From contig CAZGXJ010000001.1 in assembly GCA_964529905.1 (NCBI GenBank), positions 45,054-109,053 of the forward strand: 64,000 bases of DNA, given 5' to 3'. Positions 37,979-47,846 of this stretch are shown here, one piece after another (within the stretch, counting starts at the first letter, position 1; every line of letters begins with the position of its first letter). The notes under the pieces are model-generated. The model saw only the letters and a list, made by a program, of their open reading frames with translations. It searched no databases and was not told where the DNA came from. The position numbers were made by a program, and so were the translations under genes. The DNA comes from an uncultured Nitrososphaeria archaeon. Its GTDB lineage: Archaea; Thermoproteota; Nitrososphaeria; Geothermarchaeales; JDFR-13.

Positions 37979-38217
37979 ATTTATCCCACTACTGATAATT
38001 TGTTGGATAATTAAAAAATTTTAATTTTTTATTGTTTGTTAACTACCTATTTCTATATAGTAGGTATAAAGAAAATATAATTATTTCGTTGTGATTATGT
38101 TGGACCTTACTTCCAAATATTTGACCTTTTCTCATACTCGTAGGATATCACGTTAACGAGAACATATAATTCTTAATTTTTTTAATTATTATGGGATATA
38201 ATTAATCTATTAATCAC

Positions 38218-38625
38218 TCACTTAATTGGAACATATAAACTTGACCTCGATGCGCCGAGACCCGGTTGTCCATGCTTTACTGGTTTAATGGTGTGTGCGA
38301 ACTCACCTAATCTTCTCCCCAACATTTCTGGCTTTATTTCAACTGGGATAAATTCTTTACCATTGTGCACATATATTGTCAGTCCAATCATTTTTGGTAT
38401 TATTACCATTTCCCTAACGTGCGTTCTAATCGGCTTGTTATATTTACCTTGGGAAGCCAACTCTACTTTTTTAAGAAGTTTTTTTGCTTCAGGGGTAAAT
38501 CTTCCACGAAGAAGGTATCTTCTAGCTTTAGTATCCACAAGTCTAGCAAATTCTTCTATACTCATCTTTTTAAGCTCTTCTAATGAGTAGCCTCTAAACC
38601 TAAATTCTTTTCTATATGTGTACAT
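38218..38625 (-). CDS. rps19: 30S ribosomal protein uS19 (S19)
   Basis: ...[19 protein letters not shown]...ARRYLLRG...[28 protein letters not shown] prefer the ATG at 38625, preceded by aGGTGggg, over the GTG at 38637. Confidence 0.9.
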   Translation of the reverse strand: MYTYRKEFRFRGYSLEELKKMSIEEFARLVDTKARRYLLRGRFTPEAKKLLKKVELASQGKYNKPIRTHVREMVIIPKMIGLTIYVHNGKEFIPVEIKPEMLGRRLGEFAHTIKPVKHGQPGLGASRSSLYVPIK

Positions 38626-38660
38626 TTTTAACCCCACCTATAATACTTTCGAACTTAGAA

Positions 38661-38669
38661 TTATATAAG
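38661..38669 (-). promoter_or_regulatory. Candidate TATA box for a separate rps19 transcript
   Basis: The minus strand reads cTTATATAA about 36-44 nt upstream of the rps19 ATG, inside a 180-nt non-coding spacer. Confidence 0.3.
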
Positions 38670-38817
38670 CATAACATTTTAACATCAAAACTATAAAAAT
38701 CATGATTCTAGCCAGACAGTTTTATTTTGCTATTTTGGTTATCCGATTTGAGTTAACTAGATGAGTTTTATAGGTTCACCCTGTAAACTAAGAAATTTAA
38801 GACCTTTACATATTTTA

Positions 38818-39645
38818 TTACACATTCTTCCGTTCTTCCTCCACAATACATATTTTTTCCAACTCACTGATTAGTTTATTTATAATGGCTTTACAATCAT
38901 CTGTCCAACATTCTATTACCAGTTTTATTTCTTTAGAGGAGAGGATTGTTTTGATATATATTTTTTTGCCTAACTCCTCTGTAAAACTACTAAGGAAAGG
39001 AGCTATATCAGACTCACCTACACCTCTTAGAATATAGATAAATCTCGATGGCCTCCGATTGGAAAAAAGCTTCTTTAATTCTCTCTCAATGTGATGTATA
39101 AAAATACTTTTTAGTTCCTTAGGTGGACCAGGTAAAATGTAGATAATATGATCATCATGCAATATTTTCTGACCCGGAGCAACTCCAACTGGATTGCTAA
39201 GAACTTTTGCCCCTTCTATTATGTACCCCATTTTTATTCTTTCTTTAGTCATAGCTTTTCCCTTGGCTCTATAAAACTTCTTAATTTCACTAAGCAATTC
39301 CTCAGATATAATTAGAGACCTTCCTAGAGCTTTAGAGACACCTTCTCTAGTAACATCATCTATTGTTGGTCCTAGTCCACCAACTATAATGATTAAATTG
39401 GAACGCTTCATTGAGAAATTGACAGCATTGGCTATATCGTCTATGTCATCCCTTACAACTAATACATTACGTATAGGTACACCCAATGAGTTTAATTTTC
39501 TAATCAACCATACGGAATTTGTATCAACTATTAATCCTTTTAATATCTCAGTTCCAACTATTATTATTGATGCTAAAACATCATCTCTTTTTCCTTCCGG
39601 TTCTTCTCGCGCCAAAGCTACCGACCTTTCTGCCGGGCGGTGCAT
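38818..39645 (-). CDS. CinA-like MoCF-biosynthesis (MoaB/MogA-fold) domain protein
   Basis: ASIIIVGTEILKGLIVDTNSVWLIRKLNSLGVPI...IIIVGGLGPTIDDVTREGVSKALG is the CinA N-domain pattern. No PncC deamidase domain. The only in-frame starts (ATG 39645, TTG 39615) lie inside the uL2 gene. Confidence 0.7.
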   Translation of the reverse strand: MHRPAERSVALAREEPEGKRDDVLASIIIVGTEILKGLIVDTNSVWLIRKLNSLGVPIRNVLVVRDDIDDIANAVNFSMKRSNLIIIVGGLGPTIDDVTREGVSKALGRSLIISEELLSEIKKFYRAKGKAMTKERIKMGYIIEGAKVLSNPVGVAPGQKILHDDHIIYILPGPPKELKSIFIHHIERELKKLFSNRRPSRFIYILRGVGESDIAPFLSSFTEELGKKIYIKTILSSKEIKLVIECWTDDCKAIINKLISELEKICIVEEERKNV

Positions 39646-40303
39646 TTCTAGATACAGTCTTAGGTTTACCTACATGTTGATGAGCACCTCCACCAAATGG
39701 ATGATCAACAGGATTCATCGCTACACCTCTAACTCTAGGCCATCTCCTACCCCCTTTTGCCTTCATCCATTTATACTTAGCTCCCGCCTTTAGGAAGGGT
39801 TTCTCAGTTCTTCCACCACCTGCTACAACGCCTATTACGGCTCTACATTCTGGATTCAATACAATACTTTTACCTGATGGTAGGAGGACCTCAATTCCAT
39901 TTCCTGATTTACCAATAACTTGGACATAGGTTCCAGATGCCCTGCCGAATTTACCTCCATCTCCAGGAACCCGTTCAACACTTGAAATTAGAGTTCCAGG
40001 TGGGATATCCTTTAACTTAAGTATGTCTCCGGGTTTGGGGTCTGAAGTTTTATATATAGAAATTTCTTGACCTACATACATTCCCTCAACGGCATTTATG
40101 TAAAACTCTACATTATTGGGTGTTTTTAATTTTGCCAATGGTGCACCCCTCCCAGGATTATGAAGTAATTCCAATACACGGGCGGTTGTAGCCTCGTTAA
40201 ATATTGGAATTTTGGCTGGAGCGACCGATTTATGTGTAGAAGCACGGTAATTCGGACTTCTTCCCATTCTTTGAGACAATATCCTTTTACCCATATATAA
40301 CAC
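39581..40303 (-). CDS. rpl2: 50S ribosomal protein uL2
   Basis: ...RGVAMNPVDHPFGGGAHQHVGKPKTVSRNAPPGRKVG is the uL2 signature; 240 aa. Confidence 0.94.
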   Translation of the reverse strand: MLYMGKRILSQRMGRSPNYRASTHKSVAPAKIPIFNEATTARVLELLHNPGRGAPLAKLKTPNNVEFYINAVEGMYVGQEISIYKTSDPKPGDILKLKDIPPGTLISSVERVPGDGGKFGRASGTYVQVIGKSGNGIEVLLPSGKSIVLNPECRAVIGVVAGGGRTEKPFLKAGAKYKWMKAKGGRRWPRVRGVAMNPVDHPFGGGAHQHVGKPKTVSRNAPPGRKVGSFGARRTGRKKR

Positions 40304-40314
40304 CCCTCACCAAT

Positions 40315-40599
40315 CTATAAGATACCTAATGCTGTGGCAACTTTTATAGCGTCATCCTTAGTATAAAAAGTTACTATGGCCTTCTTCTCCCCCTTAGGCG
40401 TTATCAACATATTAACCTTCTTTACCTTTACGTCAAACTTTTCTTCAATTACCTTTTTAACCGTTGATTTATTTGACTTTCTATCAACGATTAATGTCAC
40501 CTTATTCTGTTTCTCTAACATTAAGACGCTCTTCTCTGTGATTACGGGGTATTTAACGATGGTGTAGAACCGATCTCTCATGCTCATAATTCGTTTCAC
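40315..40599 (-). CDS. rpl23: 50S ribosomal protein uL23
   Basis: ...IVKYPVITEKSVLMLEKQNKVTLIVDRKSNKSTVKKVIEEKFDVKVKKVNML. Confidence 0.86.
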   Translation of the reverse strand: MKRIMSMRDRFYTIVKYPVITEKSVLMLEKQNKVTLIVDRKSNKSTVKKVIEEKFDVKVKKVNMLITPKGEKKAIVTFYTKDDAIKVATALGIL

Positions 40600-40603
40600 C
40601 CCA

Positions 40604-41413
40604 TTAACTTATTTTCAAAAGCAACTTTCCAAACCTTCTATCCAGCACCTCGAAGGTGTCTCTAACCCACACAGTAAGTCTACCTGGTACGCCACCTGGA
40701 GCTAGATGATATAGCGTAACATCATTTACATTAACAACATCTACACCAGGAAAATTCCTCACAGCCCTTACTATACCTTCATCCTTCAAGTATACAATCA
40801 ATGGACCCACACCCAGTTTTTTCCGCCTCCCTCTCCAACTTGCTTTTCCACCTACAATTTTTTTATTCTTTTTAACACGTAATATATCATCCCATAGACC
40901 CAGATTTTTCAATACCTCCTTAGCTTCAGATGCTGTAGATACTGATGAAAGTTCTTCGGAGACGATTAGTGGGATATGTGGAACCGAATCGATAATATGC
41001 CCTCTTTTCTTTACAACTCCAGGATTTCCAGTAGCTGATATAGCCGATGCTATCGCTATTTTCAGTTCTTTCTTGTTTATATCCTTGTATATATTCTTCT
41101 CAGAGGTAGGTGCATGGGGTTTCCTCCCCCCTCTAGCCATGGCAACCATTGCACCAACTCCTCTTAGAGGTGGATTTTTATATCTGGGGACCCTGGCTAT
41201 ACCCAAACCAACTCCAAAATACTCTGCACTCATCTCTCTTCCAGCATATCTATATCTTCCTTTTGGTTGCAATCTATGGGTAAATTGGTAGAAGAACAGT
41301 CTACTTATAAGATCTTCTCTAATAGGAAATTTAAAAATAGGATGTAAATTTATTTTATCAACCTCTTCACCGACAATATTGAAAACAGGTGTCAAACTGC
41401 TCATATACCTCAC
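40604..41413 (-). CDS. rpl4: 50S ribosomal protein uL4
   Basis: ...QPKGRYRYAGREMSAEYFGVGLGIARVPR...RGGRKPHAP; the position between uL3 and uL23 fits. Confidence 0.88.
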   Translation of the reverse strand: MRYMSSLTPVFNIVGEEVDKINLHPIFKFPIREDLISRLFFYQFTHRLQPKGRYRYAGREMSAEYFGVGLGIARVPRYKNPPLRGVGAMVAMARGGRKPHAPTSEKNIYKDINKKELKIAIASAISATGNPGVVKKRGHIIDSVPHIPLIVSEELSSVSTASEAKEVLKNLGLWDDILRVKKNKKIVGGKASWRGRRKKLGVGPLIVYLKDEGIVRAVRNFPGVDVVNVNDVTLYHLAPGGVPGRLTVWVRDTFEVLDRRFGKLLLKIS

Positions 41414-41417
41414 CCAT

Positions 41418-42419
41418 TTAAATATTAATATATGTTAAATTAACTGGTGTCTTCATTTCTGGTCTTACAGGTCTGACCGTAAAACGCATCTTAACCAAAC
41501 GTTTAGCTGGGCCTGGAACCGATCCCTTTAAAATAACAAATTTTGACCTTATTTGGCCATATCTATGGAAGACTAATGGATGATCAAATTCATCGGGGTC
41601 CTTTATATCCAATATTTTAAGATGGTACACCGTTCTTCTATGGAAACCCGTTTGTCCAGATAGCGGAACGGTATATCTAGTTGCTGATGGTTTCCAAGGA
41701 CCTAGCGCGCCTGGTTTTCTTCTAGCCTTCCTGGATTTATGGGATAGAAGTTTAATCCCCCAACGCTTTACAGGCCCTTGAAATCCCTTTCCCTTGGTAA
41801 CAGCGATAACGTCAATCACATCACCAGGGCGAAATACATCAGTTACGTCTATCTCCTTACCTAAATTGTTCTTTGCATAATTAAATAGATCATCTATGGA
41901 ATTGACACCTCCAACTTGGATTTCGAAGACCTCTGGTTTCTTCTTATGTATTCCAGCCTTTATGGGTTGGGTAGATACCAATAACCTTAGAACGCTAATT
42001 TCATCTAAATGTGACTCAAACTCTGATAGTTTCCCTTCAACATCACCAGGATTGAGATTTTTTATTCTTCTTTTAATGAAATCGGGAAAATCGGGAGCTA
42101 TGACTGTATATAGAGATTTAAGTGAATTCGATATCTTATCAGCTTTATAACCTACAATTCCTAAAACATAAAGTGGAGGGGTCTCCACTATGGTAACGGG
42201 GGCAAACCGTTCTTGCCCCCTATATGGGGAAAACTTATATTCATCTAAATAAAATACATGGGTCATACCAGCTTTATAGCCTGCAAAACCCAATGGTTTA
42301 GGTTCACCTAATTCTAATTTAGGCCATGTTTTTATATCTGGATTCATGGACTTTGCTCTCTTCCTTGGTGAAAAAGCTAGAGATCCTCTCTTCGGGGCAT
42401 GTTTCTTTCTTGCACCCAT
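41418..42419 (-). CDS. rpl3: 50S ribosomal protein uL3
   Basis: MGARKKHAPKRGSLAFSPRKRA...FAGYKAGMTHV...VTKGKGFQGPVKRWG. Confidence 0.93.
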   Translation of the reverse strand: MGARKKHAPKRGSLAFSPRKRAKSMNPDIKTWPKLELGEPKPLGFAGYKAGMTHVFYLDEYKFSPYRGQERFAPVTIVETPPLYVLGIVGYKADKISNSLKSLYTVIAPDFPDFIKRRIKNLNPGDVEGKLSEFESHLDEISVLRLLVSTQPIKAGIHKKKPEVFEIQVGGVNSIDDLFNYAKNNLGKEIDVTDVFRPGDVIDVIAVTKGKGFQGPVKRWGIKLLSHKSRKARRKPGALGPWKPSATRYTVPLSGQTGFHRRTVYHLKILDIKDPDEFDHPLVFHRYGQIRSKFVILKGSVPGPAKRLVKMRFTVRPVRPEMKTPVNLTYINI

Positions 42420-42500
42420 CCCAAATCTCCTCCAATTATTATATATTTTACTACAAGCCTTGACTTATCACAATAGTATCTTATAATGGATATTTAAATC

Positions 42501-43367
42501 TTAAGATTTATAGTTGGTAATATAATTGATAAGAGAAAGAGAAATCCAGACCGCTTCCTCAACTCTTATAGTCTCAACTTTCTGACCATAAACTAAATTA
42601 ATAAAATAATCAAATATATCTAAACCCACATCGTAATATTTCATTATTTCTTTAAGTCCATAGGAATGAGAGCCAAAGACAAGTAGGACGTTGTTTTTCG
42701 TAAATATATCTTTTTTAATCTTCTCTAAATCAATATCGCCAATATATTCTCCATATCGACTTAAACCAATTTTTAGACCCTTATATTTATTGAGAAGTGT
42801 GATCAGACTTTCTTTATACCGGATAACTTTGTATCCTTTATACAAATTTAAACGTTCAGCTTCAACATCATCAACCAAATAACCAGATAAATATTTTTCT
42901 AAATTTTTAACTATCTTAACAATCGCTACCTTAGGAGGCTTCTCTCCTCTAATAACTACAAATTTATCCAAACCAACATCGAGAATATAGACGTTCTTTT
43001 TCTTTTTACCAATAGTATACCCAATCCTATATTCAGGAAACTCAAGGGATTTTATTGATTTTTTCTCCTTAAATAAATTCAGTTTTACGGGAGGGAGAGC
43101 TCCGACATATGCTAAATCAGGGTCTCGATAAAAAAGGGTTTTTTTCAGGTAAGGTGGGGTTATTAAATACCTAAGTATTTTAACCAACTCCTTTTGATAC
43201 TGCCTATCCTTTGATAATGGATCTGGATATATGTATATGCTTCTTACGCCAAAACATGCAGCTGCCCTGGCTAAGCTTGAAATACTGAAGCTTCTTTGCA
43301 TTAATGAGTGTAAATTACTTGTAAATGAAGATGGGATAGCTAAATCAATGTTCATTTTATTATTCAC
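42501..43367 (-). CDS. SPOUT-superfamily putative RNA methyltransferase (DUF171/COG2106-like)
   Basis: IDLAIPSSFTSNL...SLARAAACFGVRSIYIY resembles the DUF171 N-terminal pattern. A gene of this family commonly sits just upstream of rpl3 in archaea (from memory). Confidence 0.55.
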   Translation of the reverse strand: MNNKMNIDLAIPSSFTSNLHSLMQRSFSISSLARAAACFGVRSIYIYPDPLSKDRQYQKELVKILRYLITPPYLKKTLFYRDPDLAYVGALPPVKLNLFKEKKSIKSLEFPEYRIGYTIGKKKKNVYILDVGLDKFVVIRGEKPPKVAIVKIVKNLEKYLSGYLVDDVEAERLNLYKGYKVIRYKESLITLLNKYKGLKIGLSRYGEYIGDIDLEKIKKDIFTKNNVLLVFGSHSYGLKEIMKYYDVGLDIFDYFINLVYGQKVETIRVEEAVWISLSLINYITNYKS

Positions 43368-44052
43368 CCCGCTTTATTTGGTAGTACCACTTCCTCTCCT
43401 CCTCAATTATTTTTATTCCCGAACTACTCCCAATGATATCTGCTCCTGAATCTAAAATCATTTTTGCTCGAATAAAACTTCTTATCCCCCCAGACGCCTT
43501 TAATCCAATTTCGGGTTCTAAATATCTTCTTATAAATATAACATCACCTATACTCGTTCCCCTATATCCAAAGCCCGTGGATGTTTTGAAAAAATCTGGT
43601 TTAACTTGATTAATAATCCCCAAGACCTTTAATAACTGTCTTGGACTCAATAGAGTTATTTCACATATTAATTTAACTATTTTATCTGGGTAATACTCCT
43701 TAATTGATTTAACTATTTCTTTGACCTCTGAGAAATATCTATCGTATCTATTTTCTAAGATATATGAAACATTACTAACTACGTCTACCTCATCTGCTCC
43801 ATTATTCAATGCATCTAATGAAACCTTGATCTTTTTGTCGACAGTATCCTTACCTAAAGGAAATGAAATAACTGTTGTAAGACGGATCTTCCTGTCTATG
43901 CTTCTTATGTCATCAATGTATAGAGGGGGAATAACTAGAGATCTGAAGTTATATTTTTTAACCTTAGAGACGACATTCTCAATCATTGAGATATTCACAT
44001 CCATCTTTAAATAGGTCATATCAATTCGGGATGCGATACTTAAAGACTTCAC
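43360..44052 (-). CDS. deoC: Deoxyribose-phosphate aldolase
   Basis: IDMTYLK..., VISFPLGKD, ADEVDVV, FFKTSTGFG (Schiff-base Lys region), and LKASGGIRS. Confidence 0.8.
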   Translation of the reverse strand: MKSLSIASRIDMTYLKMDVNISMIENVVSKVKKYNFRSLVIPPLYIDDIRSIDRKIRLTTVISFPLGKDTVDKKIKVSLDALNNGADEVDVVSNVSYILENRYDRYFSEVKEIVKSIKEYYPDKIVKLICEITLLSPRQLLKVLGIINQVKPDFFKTSTGFGYRGTSIGDVIFIRRYLEPEIGLKASGGIRSFIRAKMILDSGADIIGSSSGIKIIEEERKWYYQIKRGE

Positions 44053-44206
44053 AGTAGATTAAATCTCATAACATCTAAAAATAAATTTTAAAACATTTGA
44101 GTAGGATAATTGTTTTAGATATAGATAATTAGTCTAATTAAACCATACATGTCACTTTGCCGAATTAACCGTTGGGATAAAATAATTTAATTAAAGGGGG
44201 ATATTA

Positions 44207-44482
44207 ATGAGTAAGGATGTATATATTGTTGGTGTAATTGAGAGTTATAGAAGAGGACCTAGAACTCAGACTAATGACCAATTAATAATCGGTTTAATCG
44301 ATATTAGTAAGTATAACATGGACGAATTAGTAAATAAAGAGGTAATTTTCGAAGATGAATATGGTAATAAATATATTGGATATATAAAGAGAAAGCATGG
44401 AAACAGTAACAAAGTGTTAGTTGAGTTTAAAAGACCCCCACCTCCATCTTGTCTTGGGAAAATCGTGAAAATCATGAAGTAA
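44207..44482 (+). CDS. rpl35ae: 50S ribosomal protein eL33 (L35Ae)
   Basis: VGVIESYRRGPRTQTNDQLIIGL... and ...GYIKRKHGNSNKVLVEFKRPPP match the L35Ae pattern; 91 aa. Confidence 0.8.
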   Translation: MSKDVYIVGVIESYRRGPRTQTNDQLIIGLIDISKYNMDELVNKEVIFEDEYGNKYIGYIKRKHGNSNKVLVEFKRPPPPSCLGKIVKIMK

Positions 44483-44536
44483 AAAATTTAGGACATATTT
44501 AATAATCTAATATTAAAAACTCAACAAAATTTTTAT

Positions 44537-44953
44537 TTGATGAGTGAACTTTCTGGGACAACGCTAAAGGTCTATCTATATATCCTAAAAAGTGGAAAAG
44601 AAAAGGTGGGCGTAAGGGAGGTGATGAGAGGATTAAATATGAAAACCCCTAGCCACGCTTATTATCATCTAGATAAGCTAGCAAGTATGGGTCTTTTGAG
44701 GAAAAAACATGGTGATTATTACATAGTTAGAGAGTTGAAAATCGACTATCTTAGAGACTTTCTTCTTATTGGTAAAACACTGATTCCCAAGTTCCTATTC
44801 TTCTTTTTATATTTTACCACGATATTCATCTTTAGTCTTATATATATGAGACCTTATGAACTATTCTGGTATATAACAGTTACAACAACGTTATCAGGCT
44901 CTATTATATCATTGTATCAGACAATATCAACATATAGAAAAATACTTATATAA
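44537..44953 (+). CDS. Membrane-anchored winged-helix protein (second copy of this architecture)
   Basis: wHTH (TLKVYLYILKSGKEKVGVREVMRGLNMKTPSHAYYHLDKLASMGLLRKK..YYIV) followed by two hydrophobic segments. Confidence 0.5.
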   Translation: MMSELSGTTLKVYLYILKSGKEKVGVREVMRGLNMKTPSHAYYHLDKLASMGLLRKKHGDYYIVRELKIDYLRDFLLIGKTLIPKFLFFFLYFTTIFIFSLIYMRPYELFWYITVTTTLSGSIISLYQTISTYRKILI

Positions 44954-45011
44954 TGTTCAAATACTTTGAGTAAAAAAGAAGTAAAGTTATTATATTCATT
45001 GGAAAGAGAAA

Positions 45012-45542
45012 ATGAAGATTGGCGATCTTTTACCAATCATGGGGGTGTTGTTGGCAATTACTATCATATCACTCTCATTTCTTAGCTATAACTTTTTTAT
45101 TAGTAGCATAGATGGATATGTGTATGATAAACTCAACACGCCTCAAAACGGCTCATATAACAGTCAATTAGAGGAAAGAGGACAGGGACTAACATATACA
45201 GTTAGAAGAGAATCTTCATCCATCATCACGATACTGATTAGATTTAATTTTACGGATAATGAATTAAATTCTTTAAAGTCTGTGAAGTTTGAGTGGGTAG
45301 CCTTTCTCGTGGATCAAGGTAGGATTATAAATTTAACAAATGTTGAAGCACTACATATAAAAAGCGATGAGGAGGCTATAATTATCTCATCTTTAAAGCT
45401 TTACCCTACATTACTAACTAGGATAGATGGAAAATTGGCTATATCTACTGAAGATGGGAAGATAATCTACAAACATATTGAATGGAATGGAGAACTGGAA
45501 CTAGTCGCAGAACATCCAACGTATATATCTATAGTCTTGTAA
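45012..45542 (+). CDS. N-terminally anchored extracytoplasmic protein; possible archaeal type IV pilin-like signal
   Basis: MKIGDLLPIMGVLLAITIISLSF resembles the archaeal Pilin_N consensus (..G.SPVIGVILMIAITV..), but lacks the usual K/R at -2 and has Asp at +1. The remainder is beta-rich with N-x-S/T sites. Confidence 0.35.
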   Translation: MKIGDLLPIMGVLLAITIISLSFLSYNFFISSIDGYVYDKLNTPQNGSYNSQLEERGQGLTYTVRRESSSIITILIRFNFTDNELNSLKSVKFEWVAFLVDQGRIINLTNVEALHIKSDEEAIIISSLKLYPTLLTRIDGKLAISTEDGKIIYKHIEWNGELELVAEHPTYISIVL

Positions 45543-45618
45543 ACAAGGAGTATTATTTATAAAGAACACTTAACACAATTTAAATAGGATTTATGTTAGT
45601 TATGGAGGGGACCGACAG

Positions 45619-47076
45619 ATGCCCCAGATACCAATAAAAGAAATAGACCGGTATATATGGGAAATCCCTAAGAACTACAGATATGATATGAGGGTGCCTG
45701 TAAGAATATACGCAACTAAAAATCAATTGAATAAAATGATGCAGGATAGGACAATAAGACAAGGTATAAATGTCGCAACTTTACCTGGTATTCAAAAATT
45801 TAGTATAATTTTGCCCGATGGACATCAAGGATATGGATTCCCTATCGGAGGGGTTGCCGCTGTTGATGGCGAAGAGGGGGTAATAAGCCCTGGAGGAGTT
45901 GGATATGATATAAACTGTGGAGTAAGAGTGATCAGGACTAATTTGGATTATGAAGATGTTAAACCTAAAATAAAAGAATTAGCAGACGAACTATTTAGAA
46001 ATGTTCCAGCGGGTCTTGGAAGTAGAAGAAGAGATTTTAACGTCACCCGAAGTGAGCTTGATAGAATTGCTATAGAGGGAGCGAGATACATAATAAAGAA
46101 GTTTGGTTTGGGCTGGGAAGAAGATATCGAGAAGATAGAGGAAAAAGGAGCTATAGAAGGAGCAGATCCTGATTATGTAAGTGATACAGCTAAGAATAGA
46201 GGACTTAACCAAATTGGGACCTTAGGAAGTGGTAACCATTTCCTGGAGGTTCAGGTAGTCGATAAAATATTTAACGAAGATATGGCAAAGGCAATGGAGA
46301 TTACTCATGAAGGTCAAGTAGTAGTGATGATTCACTGTGGTAGTAGAGGATATGGACATCAAGTATGTAGTGATTATCTTAGAGTAATGGATAGAGCAAT
46401 TAGAAAATATAATATAAAGCTTCCGGATAGGGAACTAGCATATGCCCCGATTAAAAGTCCAGAGGCTCAACAATATCTAAAAGCTTTTAAATCCGCTGTG
46501 AATTATGCCTTTGCCAATAGACAGGCAATAAGCCATTGGGTTAGACAAAGCTTTGAAAAGGTCTTCCATACTAGGGCGGATAAATTAGATATGGAGATCG
46601 TTTATGATGTCGCACATAATATTGTAAAACCTGAAGAGCATATTGTTAATGGTAAACGTAAATTACTATATGTACATAGGAAGGGAGCTACTAGAAGCCT
46701 TCCGAAAGACCATCCATTACTACCAAAAGTCTACAAAAATATTGGCCAGCCTGTGCTTATTCCCGGAAGCATGGGAACACCATCCTATATTCTAATAGGA
46801 CATCCTTTGAGTCTAGAGAGAAGCTTTGCCTCTGCACCACATGGCTCTGGAAGGGTATTAAGCAGAAGTGCTGCAAAAAGAATGTATAGAGGAGAGCAAA
46901 TAATTAGAGAGCTAAGTCAGCAGGGAATAATAGTACGAGCAGATTCCATGGCCACCGTAACTGAAGAAGTAAGCGCTGCATATAAAGATAGCAATGAGGT
47001 TGCATTAGTAGCTGAAGTAGCTGGACTTGCATACAGAGCCGTTAGAATGAGACCGATAGCAGTAGTAAAAGGATAG
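45619..47076 (+). CDS. rtcB: RNA-splicing ligase RtcB
   Basis: ...LPDGHQGYGFPIGGVAA..., GGVGYDINCGVR, GSGNHFLEVQ, HCGSRGYGHQV, and ...SAPHGSGR; 485 aa with no intein. Confidence 0.93.
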   Translation: MPQIPIKEIDRYIWEIPKNYRYDMRVPVRIYATKNQLNKMMQDRTIRQGINVATLPGIQKFSIILPDGHQGYGFPIGGVAAVDGEEGVISPGGVGYDINCGVRVIRTNLDYEDVKPKIKELADELFRNVPAGLGSRRRDFNVTRSELDRIAIEGARYIIKKFGLGWEEDIEKIEEKGAIEGADPDYVSDTAKNRGLNQIGTLGSGNHFLEVQVVDKIFNEDMAKAMEITHEGQVVVMIHCGSRGYGHQVCSDYLRVMDRAIRKYNIKLPDRELAYAPIKSPEAQQYLKAFKSAVNYAFANRQAISHWVRQSFEKVFHTRADKLDMEIVYDVAHNIVKPEEHIVNGKRKLLYVHRKGATRSLPKDHPLLPKVYKNIGQPVLIPGSMGTPSYILIGHPLSLERSFASAPHGSGRVLSRSAAKRMYRGEQIIRELSQQGIIVRADSMATVTEEVSAAYKDSNEVALVAEVAGLAYRAVRMRPIAVVKG

Positions 47077-47088
47077 AAATAATGTAAT

Positions 47089-47213
47089 GGAGGGCCAGCA
47101 CCGTCCTTTCGCGGGCCCTCTCGGAGCCCACTACTCGGAACGGCGCGCTCCGGCTTAGCTTCTGTGTTCGGAATGGGAACAGGCGTTTCCCGGAGCGCTA
47201 TGGCCGGCCCTCC
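47089..47213 (-). rRNA. rrn5: 5S ribosomal RNA
   Basis: The reverse complement is GGAGGGCCGGCCATAGCGCTCCGGGAAACGCCTGTTCCCATTCCGAACACAGAAGCTAAGCCGGAGCGCG...GGTGCTGGCCCTCC. It contains the universal CCCATNCCGAAC...GAAGNTAAGC block and a closing helix GGAGGGCC/GGCCCTCC. Confidence 0.9.
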
Positions 47214-47237
47214 GAATTAACCTTATTAGATAATAGG

Positions 47238-47246
47238 ATATAAAAA
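47238..47246 (-). promoter_or_regulatory. Candidate TATA box of the 5S rRNA gene
   Basis: The minus strand reads TTTTTATAT, centred about 29 nt upstream of the predicted 5S 5' end. Confidence 0.4.
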
Positions 47247-47311
47247 GATTTATATTTTTTACAATCATTCTAGTTAACTTTTCTTTTCCAAATGCTATTT
47301 CCTTTTTTGGT

Positions 47312-47785
47312 ATGGAAGAAAATGGATGTCTCAAGGATATATTGCCACACTACATAGACTATGAGATGTCCAAACATATATGTAGAAATAGATGTGTCGA
47401 TGACATAGCTCTAATAAAAATTCTAGAGAATTATCCAGAAATAGGGCCAACATCTTTAAGGAATATGGGTAGAGGGAATTCCTCAAAATATGTATGCATA
47501 GACAGCCGAACTGGTAAAAAGAGATCTATAATATTTACATTTCTGGGAAGAAACGCAGAATACATAGTTCTACCAAGAACAGGATATTGTGGATGTTTTA
47601 CACGTTACAAAATGAATATAAATAGAAGGAGGATATGCTACCATATGCTAACATTTATAATTGATTATTTTTTAGATGCTGTCATAACCTATGAATTCAA
47701 ATATGATAATCCGGAGATACTGATTTACAATTTTCTACTTGAGAATCTACCCGAAAAAGGATCTTCAAATAAAAAAATCGATTAA
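47312..47785 (+). CDS. SWIM zinc-finger protein
   Basis: GYCGCFTRYKMNINRRRICYHML has the C-x-C-x(n)-C-x-H SWIM signature; 157 aa; otherwise uncharacterised. Confidence 0.55.
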   Translation: MEENGCLKDILPHYIDYEMSKHICRNRCVDDIALIKILENYPEIGPTSLRNMGRGNSSKYVCIDSRTGKKRSIIFTFLGRNAEYIVLPRTGYCGCFTRYKMNINRRRICYHMLTFIIDYFLDAVITYEFKYDNPEILIYNFLLENLPEKGSSNKKID

Positions 47786-47846
47786 TTTATATTTGTCTGA
47801 AATTATTCTTACATTTGATTACACTATATGGAGATAGGTGAGTAAC

